From Squalus acanthias (Eukaryota): 64,000 nt of DNA. The notes below the pieces were generated by a model, which worked only from the letters and a program-made list of their open reading frames with translations, ran no database searches and was not told where the DNA came from. The position numbers were made by a program, and so were the translations under genes. Below are positions 1 through 13,168 of this stretch, one piece after another; the first letter of the stretch is position 1, and each line of letters opens with the position of its first letter. The DNA is taken from NCBI GenBank assembly GCA_030390025.1, contig CM059432.1, positions 79,486,001-79,550,000 of the forward strand, written 5' to 3'.

Positions 1-3000
1 GGGACCAGAGTTCTAGCGAATCGAATAACTAGGGAGATAGATAGGGCTTTAATCTAAATAAGGGGGGTGGGGGGGTGGTCCTGGTGGAGAGAAATCTAGA
101 ATGCTAAAGAGAAAAGACAAGGAAGCAGTGCATGAAAGTGATTGGGGTAAGGATAACCAGATTGTGTCAGGAAGGGACAGAGCATACAAACAAAAGAGTG
201 CACTAACAAATAGGGTCTGGGTAACAAAAAATGGTAATAAGACAAATAGGGCTACAGTACAAAAAAAATGTTAAGATGTCTAAAAATGTTAAAAAGACAA
301 ATCTAAAGGCATCATATCTGAATGCACGAAGCATTCGTAATAAGGCAGACGAATTAACAGCGCAAATAGCTGTAAACGGATATGATATAATTGCGATTAC
401 GGAGACATGGCTGCAGGGTGACCAAGGCTGGGAGCTGAATATCCAAGGATATTCGATATTTAGGAAGGACAGGCACAAAGGAAAAGGAGGTGGGGTGGCG
501 TTGTTAGTAAAGGATGAAATCAGAGCAATAGTGAGAAAGGATATTGGCTCAGAAAATCAAGATGTAGAATCAGTCTGGGTGGAGCTAAGAAGCACCAAAG
601 GGCAGAAAACATTGGTGGGAGTTGTCTACAAGCCTCCAAACAGTAGTGGTAATGTATGGGAAGGCATCAAACAGGAAATTAGAGATGCATGTAACAAGGG
701 TACTACAGTAATCATGGGTGACTTTAATCGACATATAGACTGGCCAAACCAAATTAGCAATAATACTGTGGAGGATGAATTCCTGGAGTGTGTACGAGAT
801 CTTTTTTTAGACCAGTATGTTGAGGAGCCAACTAGGGAACAGGCTATCCTAGATTGGGTATTGTGCAATGAGAAGGGGTTAATTAATAATCTTGTTGTGC
901 GGGGTCCTTTAGGGAAGAGTGACCATAACATGATAGAATTCTTCATTAAGGTGGAAAGTGAAGAAGTCAAATCCAAATCTAGGGTCCTAAATCTAAACAA
1001 AGGAAACTACGATGGTATGAGGAGTGAGTTGGCTATGATACATTGGGGAGCTTCATTAAAATGCATGACGGTGGATAGGCAATGGTTAACATTTAAGGAA
1101 CGAATACATGAATTGCAACAGTTATACATTCCTTTCTGGTGCAAAAACACAAAAGGAAAAGCAGCCCAACCATGGCTAACAAAAGAAATTAAGAATAGTA
1201 TTAGATCCAAAGAGGAATCATATAAAGTTGCCAGAAAAAGTAGCAAGCCTGAGGATTGGGAGCAGTTTAGAGTTCAGCAAAAAGGACCAAGAGATTGATT
1301 AAGAGGGGATAAATAGAGTAAGAGAGCAAACTTGCAAGGAACATAAAAGCGGACCGTAAAAGCTTCTACAAGTATGTAAAAAGATAAAGATTAGAGAAGA
1401 CAAATGTAGGTCCCTTACAGTCAGAAACGGGAGAATTTATAATGGGGAACAAGGAAATGGAGATCAATTAAACAAATACTTTGGTTCTGTCTTCATGGAA
1501 GAGGACACAAATAACTTCCCAGAAATGCTAGGGAACCAAGGGTCTAGTGAGAAGGAGGAATTAAAGGAAATTGTTATTAGTAAAAAAAATAGTGCTGGAG
1601 AAATTAATGGGACTGAAAGCTGATAAATTCCCAGGGCCTGATAATCTGCTTTCCAAAGTACTAAAAGAGGTAGCCATGGAAATAGTGGATGCATTGGTTG
1701 TCATCTTCCAAAATTCTATAGATTATGGAACAGTTCCTGCAGATTGGAGGGTAGCAAATGTAACCCCACTTGGAGGGTAGCAAATGTAACCCTACTATTT
1801 AAAAAAGGAGGGAGAGAGAAAACAGGGAACTACAGACCGGTTAGCCTAACATCAATAGTAGGGAAAATGCTAGAGTCTATTATAAAGGATGTGATAACAG
1901 GACACTTAGAAAATATCAACGGGATTAGACAAAGTCAACATGGATTTATGAAAGGGAAATCGTGTTTGACAAACCTACTGGAGTTTTTTGAGGATGTAAC
2001 TGGTAGAATAGATAAGGGAGAACCAGTGGACGTGGTGTATTTGGATTTTCAGAAGGCCTTTGATAAAGTCCCACATAAGAGGTTAGTGTGCAAAATTAAA
2101 GCACATGGGATTGGAGGTAATATACTGGCATGGATTGAAAATTGGTTAACAGACAGGAAACAGAGAGTAGGAATAAATGGGTCTTTTTCGGGGTGGCAGG
2201 CGGTGACTAGTGGGGTACCGCAGGGATCAGTGCTTGGGCCCCAGCTATTCACAATACATATCAATGATTTGGATGAGGGAACCAAATGTAATATTTCCAA
2301 GTTTGCTGACGACACAAAACTAGGTGGGATTGTGAGTTGTGAGGAGGATGCAAAGAGGCTTCAAGGCGATTTAGACAAGTTGAGTGAGTGGGCAAATACA
2401 TGGCAGATGCAGTATAACGTGGATAAATGTGAAGTTATCCATTTTGGTAGGAAAAACAGAAAGGCAGAGTATTATTTAAATGGTGATAGATTGGGAAATG
2501 CTGATGTACAAAGGGACCTGGGTGTCCTTGTACACCAGTCACTGAAAGCAAACATGCAAGTGCAGCAAGCAGTTAGGAAGGCAAATGGTATGTTGGCCTT
2601 CATTGCAAGAGGATTTGAGTACAGGAGCAAGGATGTCTTACTACAGTTATACAGGGCCTTGGTGAGACCACACCTGGAGTACTGTGTGCAGTTTTGGTCT
2701 CCTTACCTAAGAAAGGATATACTTGCCATAGAGGGAGTGCAGCGAAGGTTCACCAGACTGATTCCTGGGATGGCAGGACTGTTGTATGAGGAGAGATTGG
2801 GTCGACTGGGCCTGTATTCACTAGAGTTTAGAAGAATGAGAGGGGATCTCATTGAAACGTATAAAATTCTGACAGTGCTAGACAGACTGAATGCAGGGAG
2901 GATGTTTCCCCTGGCTGGGGGTGGTCTAGAACGAGGGGTCACAGTCTCAGGATACGGGGTAGGGCATTTAGGACTGAGATGAGGAGAAATTTCTTCACTC

Positions 3001-3235
3001 AGAGGGTGGTGAACCTGTGGAATTCTCTACCACAGAAGGCTGTGGAGGCCAAGTCACTGAATATGTTTAAGAAGGACATAGATAGATTTCTAGACACAAA
3101 AGGCATCAAGGGGTATGGGGAGAGAGCAGGAATATGGTATTGAGATAGAGGATCAGCCATGATCATATTGAATGGCGGAGCAGGCTCGAAGGGCCAAATA
3201 GCCTACTCCTGCTCCTATTTTTCTGTGTTTCTATG
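1..3235 (+). mobile_element. CR1 LINE (runs off the left edge): end of ORF1, disrupted ORF2 (APE endonuclease and RT), 3' UTR
   Basis: 1-57 reads GTRVLANRITREIDRALI* (ORF1 esterase end). ORF 231-1298 has APE motifs (ITETW, MGDFN, SDHN). ORF 1744-2982 has RT motifs (DFQKAFD, GVPQGSVLGP, FADD). Tail ends TTTCTATG. A 26-bp tandem duplication at 1744-1795 shifts the frame. Confidence 0.95.
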
Positions 3236-3980
3236 CACTTTTACCTCCTCCCTTCCCAGGTGAAACAGCGATTTAATTGTACTTCTTGTAAGTTAGTATA
3301 CTGTGTTCGCTGTTCACGATGCGGTCTCCTCTACATTGGGTAGACCAAACGCAGATTGGGCGACTGCTTTGCGGAACACCTCCGTTCAGTCCGTAAGCGT
3401 GACCCCGAGCTTCCGGTTGCCTGTCATTTTAATTCTCCGCTCCACTCCCACCCTGACCTCTCGGTGCTCGGCCTCTTACACTGTTCCAACGAAGCTCAAC
3501 GTAAGCTCGAGGAACAGCAGCTCATCTTTTGATTAGGCACTTTACAGCCTTCTGGACTCAACATCGAGTTCAACAATTTCAGACAATAACCTGTGCCCTT
3601 ACTTTTTCACATGGCAGCTGTTGATGATTCTGCCATTCCCATTTACACCTCTTCTAGACTTACCTTTTGTTTCTTTACTTGTCCCATTACCATCTCTTTT
3701 TGCTTTGTACTATCATACCTTTAGTCATTTAAATCAATCTTGCCTTCCACCCTATCACAGACCTTCCCTTTTGTTCTTTCCTCCCCTCCCCCCTTTCCCT
3801 GCCCCTGCACTTGTTTAAAATCTGTTACATCTCTAACTTTTTCTAGTTCTGATGAAAGGTCATTGACCTGAAACGTTAACTCTGTTTCTCTCTCCACAGA
3901 TGCTGCCTGACCTGCTGTGTATTCCCAGCATTTTCTGGTTTTAGTTCAGATTTTCACCATCCGCAGTATTTTGCTTTTGT
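3236..3980 (+). mobile_element. Penelope-like element 3' fragment: GIY-YIG endonuclease remnant plus terminal repeat
   Basis: 3257-3589 translates QVKQRFNCTS..LVYCVRCSRCGLLYIG*TKRRL..FAEHL..PVACHFN..RKLEEQQLIF*LGTLQPSGLN. It is followed by a pyrimidine-rich UTR and a repeat unit that recurs five more times in the window. Confidence 0.9.
3845..3881 (+). ncRNA. Minimal type-I hammerhead ribozyme motif in the Penelope-like terminal repeat
   Basis: AGTT-CTGATGA-A-AGGTC att GACCT-GAA-ACGT-T-AACT: intact core, 5-bp stem II, stem I AGTT/AACT, palindromic ACGT helix III. Confidence 0.75.
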
Positions 3981-5329
3981 AAAGTAATAACTGAAGCTGG
4001 CACCGACTGTGAACTCAAGGTGAACAAGGAGGTAGTGAGCTATTTTTGGAACGTTAGGAAGACATCAGGGAGTTGGTATATGATAATTATTTGGGGATTT
4101 CAATATCCCAAAATTAAAGTGGGCAGTCCAGGGACAACCATAAAGACAAGGTGAAAATACAAGCAATGCCACAGAGATAATCAATGGCTGCTTAACACAA
4201 TATGTGAACCAAACCAAGCTATACTAGATTTGGTATGTAGCAGATCATTAGATCTGATTAATAACCAGATGGTGGGTGTACACTTGGGTTGAAGTTAGAT
4301 TTGATCTCATAATAAAGATGAAACCCAAAAATAACACAGATGTGTAGGAATTGAAAAGACCGTTTAGGGCTATGGGAAGAATTTTAGGGAGGATAATATG
4401 AGAAGTAGAACTAGAAAATAAAGCAAAATTGAAATTACTCCAACAGTGGTTTGTGCTTAGAAAGGACAAATTGTCCTTGGTCTATCGAAAGAATCAACTC
4501 AATAGGCCAAATGACACTTTCTTGTACCATACTTTATTACTTTGATTCATAAATTTAGCATTTTGTTTTCTGAAATGCTCTGATGCATTCCTCTGGTTGG
4601 AGATCTTTTGGTTTGCTTATATATAATCAGGAAGATCAAAATTTAAGATCAAAATAACCTCCAACAACTTTGGTCTTAACAGAAGTAAGAAAAACTCGTG
4701 TGTGTGTATAATTTTTGTAAAGCAACTAACATCTGGTTCAAGAGTAGGGATTTAGAAGTTGGTCTGAAGGCCTGCCTTCTTAGCTGAGCAATGAAGTTTT
4801 AAAAAAAGGAAAATATTAAAACAAAACACCACTTTGAAAAATAACATGCAACATTGTGATTTATGAATTCAGGTCTTTATTACTTATGGAATTATTTCAC
4901 GACTAGGGCCACGAAACTTGGCTCCGTAGTGCCCGGTTTTTCGGTGCTACGGATGAAGTTTTGTGCCCAAAATGGGCTGCCGCTGCACACTTCTGGTGTG
5001 GACCGTGCTGGACGCCATTTTGGTGAGGTCGCTAACGTGAGCGCTGGGAGCGTGCACTGGAACTATGCAGAGTACGCAGATTGTGATGCGGATTTGATGC
5101 CAGCACTGCCATTTTCGACCTCAACGCTGCAGCCAAAGCCCTCTCTTAAACATGCAGAGCTGAACATGCGTTCAGCAACAGGAAGGACTCCCCACCAGCG
5201 CTATTTAAAGGGTACATCAACTGCTTTCAGGTTAGTTGCTGACTGATTTCTACTGGCTCTTGGTGAGTTTGTAGAGGTATTTCTTTCTTTGGTGTCTTAT
5301 TTGAAGTTGCTGAAGTCTCAAGGCAGTGG

Positions 5330-6402
5330 TGTGGCAGGTTACTTCAAGGCTTCTGCTCAGACCAATTGCCCCCTTGGCCTGCAGCACGATAGGGAGAATA
5401 AGCAGAGGCAACACAGAGGAGGACAAGTTGCTCGAAGAGGGAGGAGGTGGAGAAGGGCTCTCAGCAGGAGGTCATTTCCACCCAGGGTCCTCAGGTAGCA
5501 CTTCTCCTACCTCAACCTCAGTGAGGAACAGTGCATGCGACATCTCCGCTTCACTAAGGAGGTGCTCACTGAAATCTTCAACCTGGTGCAGGCAGACCTG
5601 CAGCGTCAGAACACGATGAGGACGGCATTGCCAATGGCTGTGAAGGTGAGCGTGGCCATGAATTTTTATGCGTGGGGCTCCTTCCAGGCTGGAGCAGGCG
5701 ACATTTGCAACACCTCACTGTTAGCTGTTCACCATTGCATAAGGGAGGTCACTGAGGCTCTGTCTGCAAAGAGAGCTGAATACATTTCATTCTCTCTTGC
5801 CAGAGAGAAGCAGGCGGAGTGAGCACACAGCTTCGCCAGGATAGCAGGCATCCCCCATGGTGCAGGGTGCCATTGACTGCACACATGTTGTACCGCAACT
5901 CCCTCAATGTCCATCATGCAAGTCAATGCTTGGCAGCAGCCATGATGCCTTCATTCTGGGGCAGTCCGCTGTACCATTCGCTTTTCAGCAACCATGATGA
6001 ACCAGAGGGTGGCTACTGGCTGACCACCTAGCTCATGACTCCGATGCGCAACTCAACCACAAGCCAGCAGCATGCATATAATGAAAGCTATGGTGCCACA
6101 TGGAATTTGATCGAGCAGACAATTGGGGTCCTTATGGAACGCTTCCGCTGCCTGGACCACTGTGGAGGAGCCCTGCAGTAGTCGCCAGAGTGCGTCTCAA
6201 GATTTGTTGTGATCTGCTGCACGCTGCACAACCTTGCCATCATGAGGGCATAGCCTTCGCCACCAGGTTATATGGCAAAGAGCTGAGGAGGAGGAGGAGG
6301 AAGAGGAGCAGGAAGAAGAGGAGGAGAAGGAGGAGGCAATCAACACAGCCCCTTTCTGGCCGGGCTGCCCATGATCAACTGATCCAACTGAGGTACCAGT
6401 GA
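5330..6402 (+). pseudogene. Harbinger DDE transposase (HARBI1-like), with frameshifts and stops
   Basis: Motifs LRFTKE..ALPMAVKVSVAMNFYAWGSFQ..DIC, VQGAIDCTH, IEQTIG..RFRCLD and CCTLHN, followed by an acidic tail. The start coordinate is approximate. Confidence 0.88.
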
Positions 6403-6571
6403 ACGTAACCCCAATTCCCCATTCATCCACAGTCCCACACCTTACCTTCCCTCTGTTGTGGACCATCACAGCATCCTCTTGGCCACAATGCTATAATAAA
6501 AGTCACCACAAATTTAACATTCCAAACCAACTTTATACATCAATCCATCCATTATTACATAACAAAGTCAA

Positions 6572-9014
6572 CTAATCACCCTTGTGCATTCCCTTAGTGA
6601 CTGTCTTCTGTGTGCCTTTGCCTGTCCTAGTACTCCTACGCAGGGCTGCAGCACGGATAGTGGAAGGCTGCTGACTTTCAGTGTGGGAGACTGCAGATGG
6701 CCTTGCAGGATGACCTCCAGCAGCTCTGGGCCTAGAAGGCCCAGCTTTAGAATGCACCACCTCGGCATAGGCGCCAGCAGTCTGGGCTGGCTGGCTGACA
6801 CGCAACAGCAAGGGCACAGGCGGAGTGGCAGTGGTGGGAGGACTAATGCTGTCATCCTGAGAGAGGACAGCAGGTTTGTGTTCCACAGAGCAACTGCCAC
6901 TCTCCTGTGGCAGTGCCTCAGCCATCCGACTAATCTGTTGGAGGACAGATTGCTGGACTGCTGTGACACCCTGCAAGCCCCTTTCAACACTGGTAGCTGT
7001 AGCCATGATGCCAGCAGTCTGTGCTTACGTGGTAGCAAGCTGCGTTTGCATGGCAACAAGCTGAGCTTGCATGACTTCAGTCTGTTCTTCCATTGCAGCA
7101 CTCAGACATTGGGTGGCTTTTGCTTGTGCTGCAATGGAAGCTGAGACATCGGCCATCAGACGCTGCATCATGGTTGGGTCCACAAGTGCGCTAATGGAGT
7201 TGCCCATCACTTCCATGCTGGAAAGGATGGACCCCAAGCTCTGCGCAAAGCCCTGTGCAAGATTGGTGTCGGACGCCTCCATGCTCCTTAACATTGCACT
7301 CAGGCTTTCTGGCAGGCACAATGCACCAAGCATTTCATTGTGCATACCTATCAGCCTCCTTCTGTAGGCCGCCCCATCGAAGTCCTCTGCAGCAGAACTT
7401 GCGTGCGACCTCGCCCTCCGGGGAGCTGGTACCTGCGCTACCCTTTCCCCCTGCCCTTGCTGCAGTTCATTTGTGCCCAGAGTCTTACCACGTGCAGATC
7501 CCGCATATAGCCTATCCTCTAAAGTACGCGGAGTGCCAGTATCTGAGCTGGTGGCTGTGAGTGTGAAATCGAGTGACGGTGCGTCTGCTGCATCACTTCC
7601 TTCTTCCTCTTGCACTTCCTGCTCCTCCACCACTGCATGGCCAGGTTGCAGTTCTTGGCTATCTGGAAGGAGAAAAGCACAAGGATAGGGTTGTGGTGAG
7701 GGGAGGGGGAGGAAAGTAAGAGTTGCATGCTTACACCATCTGCAGCTGGTAAATCAGAACAGATTGTAGGATGAGGGGGAAGTGGGACGTGAAAAGGAGG
7801 ATTAGGTATGAGGATACCGTCATCTTGTATTGTTTCAGCCCCGCCGCTGGCCAAAGGCTCAGCGATGGCAGCTCCAATTATCACCAGCACCGTCTCCACC
7901 GGGAGGGGTTAGGTCATGCAGGTGCGCCTGCCCCCGCCGGTTAGGTCCTGCTGCCTCCGGTTGTTTTTTTTTCGTTCATGGGATGTGGGCGTCGCTGGCA
8001 AGGCCAGCATTTATGGCTCATCCCTAATTGCCCTTGAGAAGGTGGTGGTGAGCCACCTTCTTGAACTGCTGCAGTCCGTGTGGTGATACTTCCTTGTAGT
8101 GGTTTGGTACAACTGAGTGGCTTGCTAGGCCATTTAAGAGTCAACCACATTGTTGTGGGTCTGGAGTCACATATAGGCCAGACCAGGTAAGGACGGCAGA
8201 TTTTCTTCCCTAAAGGACATTAGTGAACCAAATGGGTTTTTACGACAATATGGTAGTTTCATGATCACCATTACTGATACTAGCTTTTTATTCCAATTTA
8301 TTTAAAGTAACTGAATTTAAATTTCCCAGCTGCCATGGTGGCATTATGAACTCATGTCTCTGAATCATTAGTCCCAGCCTCTGGATTACTAGTCCAGTAA
8401 CATAACCACTATGCTACCGTACCCACAAAAAGCCACCTTGTCCTGTAAGAGAAAGGGAAGTGTGTTGGTGAGTGTGGCACAATGTGTTTGGGTGATGTGC
8501 CTGTCATGGTTGAATAGCTGGCAGTGTGTGCAAGCTGTGAGATGTGGCTGTGAGGCTTGCAGCAGTAATAAGTAATTCCAGCATTTTCTGTTTTTATTTC
8601 AGATTTCTGGCATCTGCAGTATTTTGCTTTTGAATAAGTATATGAGGTTGAGGTGAAGTGAGGTATGAGTCGTGTTTGATAGAGATTGTTGGTAGGTGAG
8701 TTATGGGTGTGTGGTGCACTGAGCAGTGTGTGAGGCTGGTGGTGCATTTGAAGATGAATTCACTGACCTTGACCACTCGTGTGAGGTCATTATACTACTT
8801 CCTGCACTTCATCCAGGTTCTCAGGGTTACATTGATTGCTTTGACAGCGACGGCCACCTGCTCCCATTTCCTTCTCAGCATGTGTCTGGAGGGCCCCCTG
8901 GCCCCTTGTGGATAAGAGGACACCTCTCCTCCTGTCCACCTCCTGCACCAGAGCCTCAAGTGTGGCATCAGAAAATCTGGGAGCCCTCTCTCTGCCATGT
9001 TGTGCCATCTTCAC
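6572..9014 (-). pseudogene. Harbinger Myb/SANT-like (trihelix) DNA-binding partner gene, three exons, interrupted by SINE and PLE inserts
   Basis: Exon 1 (9014-8768) reads RERAPRFSDATLEALV..KWEQVA..RTWMKCRK and ends GTCAAG|gtcagt. Exon 2 starts at the acceptor at 8442 and ends near 7818. Exon 3 starts near 7663 with an acidic and coiled-coil-like tail. Confidence 0.8.
7963..8424 (-). mobile_element. tRNA-headed SINE (about 460 bp), bipartite derivative of the Zenon-like LINE
   Basis: A box TAGCATAGTGG and a degenerate B box. The first ~320 nt match the leader of 58502-60110. The last ~130 nt match the 3' tail of 30883-31864 and 28895-29323. Ends in an A-tail. Confidence 0.85.
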
Positions 9015-9244
9015 TCTTCCTGTAGGTCACACACTCTTCTACAATGATTTCCAGTATCTGCTGCAGCCAGAATGCAGAATGCACTTTCCCTTTAAGAGGT
9101 GCAGGCTGGCTTTAAGAAATGCAGGCTAGCTTTAATTGGTGCTAGCCTTGCACAAACTTGGGCCCCCTGCTGAGGTGTGCAGCCACACAACAGCGCATTT
9201 AGCACTAGGCTGCACACTGCTGTAATTTAAACTAGCAGTCAATA

Positions 9245-10106
9245 GGGAATGGTGGCATAGTGGTTATGTTACTGGATTAGTAACCCAGAGGCCTGGACTA
9301 ATGATGTGAGTTCAAATCCCACGATGGCAGCTGGGGAATTTAAATTCAGTTAATTAAATAAATCTGGAATAAAAAGCTAGTATCAATAATGGTGACCATG
9401 AAACTATCAGATTGTTGTTAAAAACCCATCTGGTTCACTAATGCCCTTATCCTTACCTGGTCTGGCCTATATGTGACTCCAGACCCACAGCAATGTGGTG
9501 GATTCTTAATTGCCCTTTGAAATGGCCTAGCAATCCACTATAAGAATAAAACCGGATGGACCACCCTACATCGACACTTGCTTCGGGACACCCAGCCCAG
9601 TTGACCCTGCACTAACACCTCACTAACATCTGGGGAATTGTGCCAAAATTGAGAGAGCTGTCCCACAGACTAGTCAAGCAACAATATGACCCTCACAGAA
9701 TCATACCTTTCAGCCATATGTCCTGTTCCACTGGCAGGACTGACCCACCAAGGGTGGTGGTATACAGTTGGGAAGGAGTGGCCCTAGGAGTCCTCAACAT
9801 TGACTCTGGACCCCATGAAGTCAAGCATGGGCAAGGAAACCACCTACTGATGAATCAGTACTCCTCTGTGTTGAGCACCACTTGGAAGAAGCACTGAGGG
9901 GGTAGCAAGGGCAAAGAATGTATGCTGGGTGAGGGACTTCAATGTCCATCACCAAGAGCTGGTTGAGTCTTGAAGGACATAGCTGCCAGACTGGGCCTGT
10001 GCCAGGTGGTGAGAGAACCAACACGAGGGGAAAAACCTACTTGACCTTGTCCTCACCAATCTACCTGTCGTAGATGCATCTAGTCCATGACAGCATTGGT
10101 AACAGT
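9245..10106 (+). mobile_element. tRNA-headed CR1/Zenon-like LINE, 5' portion with decayed APE domain
   Basis: Same head and leader as the 58502 copy, followed by TNIWGIVPKL, GVALGVLNIDSGPHEV and DFNVHHQE motifs. Confidence 0.85.
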
Positions 10107-10659
10107 CCTTGTGGCCAGGAAGCGGCTGGCTGGCTGTTAAAATCGTCCGTCTCAGAGGCCACCAGTTGGGTCCAAGGTAAGGATGGAGTGGGAAACAGGG
10201 GTTCCGGGTACTTGGTGGGGTGGAGGAGAAAGAGTCTGGGCAAAGGAGGCCCACGCTTCCCGGTGGGGCCTGGAGGAGCAGCATTGCTCCTCCTGGTCCC
10301 TGGAAAGGCCTCTTCTCGCTAGCTTCATTCTGCATTGGCATAGTTAAAGAAAGACCCCGCGCTGGCTTTGGACTAGTGTTTTTGTCGCCTGTAATTTAAA
10401 ATTGCAGTCAGCAGGCTCGGGGAGGGTTACCATTGGGCAGGAGCAGTTTAAATTCCCCCCATAGGTTACAAGGCAGTAACACAATCTTGAGATTCAAATG
10501 AATTTTGTTCATGTGAATTATGAAATTACCTGAACCTGCTATTGTGTTACAGATTTAGGCCAACAAGTGTTTCCAATATCTAATGAACAGGCAATAGCAA
10601 AATATGGTAAATATCGCTAACAAGACAATTCATAAGTAATTAAATAATTACTTTAACAT

Positions 10660-10829
10660 GGTTTAACGTCCCATCTGAACGACGGCACCTCAGACAGTGC
10701 AGCACTCCCTCAGTACTGCACTGGAAGTGCCAGCCTAGGTATTTGCTCAGGTCTCTGGAGTGGAACTTGAACCCACGACCTTCTGACTCAGAGGCGAGAG
10801 TGCTACCAGCTGAGCCATGGCTGACACCA
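10660..10829 (-). mobile_element. DeuSINE/SacSINE1-like SINE, tRNA head plus start of Deu domain
   Basis: Reverse complement reads TGGCTCAGCTGG..GGTTCAAGTTCC..GCAGTACTGAGGGAGTGCTGC..GATGGGACGTTAAACC. Confidence 0.7.
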
Positions 10830-11270
10830 GAGTAAAACGACCCAAGATCTCTAATCCTATTGTGGTAACTATGGGCTTTTAAGATAGGTATCAATCCAGT
10901 GGCCCTCCTCTGAATCTTTTCCAGGGCCTCCATATCACCCACCCTGTGAGGGGACCAAAACTGGACACAATATTCAAGACGAGGCCTAACAAAAGGTCTT
11001 ATACAAAGACAATATAATGCTTTTTTAATATTGCATTGTCCTCGTAATACATTCTAATACTCTATTTGCTTGTCCTATAGCCTCACGGCATTGTTCGTGA
11101 ACTTTGAGATATTCATATACTATAACACCTAGGTCTCTTTCCCACTCAACAGACATTAACTAGGATCCCTACTTGGTATACACATGGTTGGCATTAGTCT
11201 TACTCACATGCATAAAATTTATCTATATTAATTGCACCTGCCAGACATGAGTCAATTCCCTCATCCCATG
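10830..11270 (-). mobile_element. Old CR1 ORF2 fragment
   Basis: Reverse complement encodes VRPRLEYCVQFWSP..GDMEALEKIQRRAT. Confidence 0.75.
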
Positions 11271-13168
11271 TTTTGTTTTCAGCAAAATATAAGTTATCTT
11301 TTATTTGTTTACATAATACTTTATCTATTATTTTAAACAATGATTAATATGAAGAAATAAGTTTTATGTTACATCATAAATACACGAGCTAGTCATATGA
11401 ACAGGCTGGAAAGAAAGCCCATAAATAATCCATGAGATGCAACAGATTGTTTACAGGCCTCTGCGCATCCCCAGTACTAAACTTCAATTAGTTAATCAAA
11501 TGCTGCTTTTTCCAATGGGAATGTATAGTTCCATTATTAATAACCTGAGGTCCAGCATAATTTATTTAAGTACTAGTGTGTTTATAGCAGATGTAAAATG
11601 TCCTAACAGACTAAATATGATGCAGGTATACAGTATTGAACCTAGACCTAGAGGGGTCAATGGGATAATTTTGTAGAATGTCAAATGCCATTATTATTTT
11701 ATACAGATTCACCAAACAAAGATCATTTCCCCCCCATCACCCCCCACCCCCCCCCCCCCCCCCACCCCAACCAGGAACTGTAGGCTGCATAGTTGTACAG
11801 GTCTCAATTCAGCACTCCAGGAATGTAAAGTGTTCCAATTTCAGTAAGTTGGAATACAAAACCAACAAATTTTAGTCTAAGCAGGGCCCCCTACATAGTG
11901 GTATATAGTCATTCCAACTATGAGACTCGAGCACGTTACAAACTGCAATGATCCAGAAACCCGAAAATGTGGCACAGTATTTAAACCCAATTACAGTAAA
12001 CAGTGAAACAATGGACAGCTTACATGACAAAGGAAGTTATCTCACTTAAACATGCCTGCATTTGACACAGGACAGTCAATATCTAGTGGGAAGAAATGCA
12101 TGCATTCATGGCATTTTAGGGCCAAAGACGATGCTATAATAATAATGAAATAGTCCATTGTAGACAAGTGAATGCACAGTAGGTGTTGTGAAGCCATTAT
12201 TACATAATGTTATTAGGAAACAATTTAGATCCAAATCTAGTAGCATGTGTAGTTATTTTTAATCAGGCAAAGGTTGAAAAACCACAACTAACTTGTACAG
12301 CACTAGCTTTTACAAGAACAAAGGCTTCCACCACCCAAACAGGAGAAGAGACATTGCAGTGGTTTCCCAAAATACCACAGTGCATGTGGTGGGGTGCAGA
12401 ATCCCTCGCACAATGTCACTCAGGGCACAGATGTCTGGGAAACCTGGAAGGTTTGAAATAAATAAATCTGACAGGGAATCAGCAAACAGGTTCTACAATA
12501 AAGACTGTGTGATCAATCAGCTACAGCCTGAGCCAGTAAGGTTGCTCAGTTACAAGGAAGGGCTACTGGTACAATAATGGAGTCTGAAACCAACTTGGAA
12601 AGGAAATGGAAATATTTTAGCAAGTAGTATCATAGGCATATCGTAAACAATTATTAAAATTAGCCTACAACATTCCATTTGTTATACCTCAAGGGATAGT
12701 TCAAACAAAGCATTTTAGTTGGCAATTATTTTCAATACTGTGGCACAATGCTGCAGAAAGTATAACCAGTGACAGATAATAAATAAATCATTGTATCAAA
12801 CCAAAGCAATGTTACATTATACCTCACAAGGAGGAGACTCTCATGTAGCTAGGACACACTAAACACCTAACAACTCTCGACCTGACCAAAAGGTTCTGTT
12901 AGGCACTGTGGGACAGCCATCGCATCCGTGTCACATATTTAATGACCCTATTGCAAAAGGCAGTAATACCTGAAATGTGTCTTATCAGTATGGCTGAAGT
13001 ACTGTACCTTAGTCACCATGTTAGGAGAAGGCAGCAACAAAAATCTGACTGGTTCTGACCTATAAGAAAAAAAGCAAGTATGGGCTTTTTTGGTCATACA
13101 GGTTATTACTGGAATCTCACACTGAATTAAGTGGAAGAATAGCTGTATTGCCTTAACACCTAACTCAA

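Larger units (their letters stand above)
4906..9240. mobile_element. PIF/Harbinger DNA transposon, decayed autonomous type with two convergent genes; right end lost
   Basis: Left end GGCCACGAAACTT resembles the other TIRs in the window. Contains a HARBI1-like transposase (+) and a Myb/SANT-like gene (-). Confidence 0.85.

Noticed and set aside
11678..11875. Proline-rich ORF
   Set aside because: Produced by a poly-C tract at about 11729-11768.
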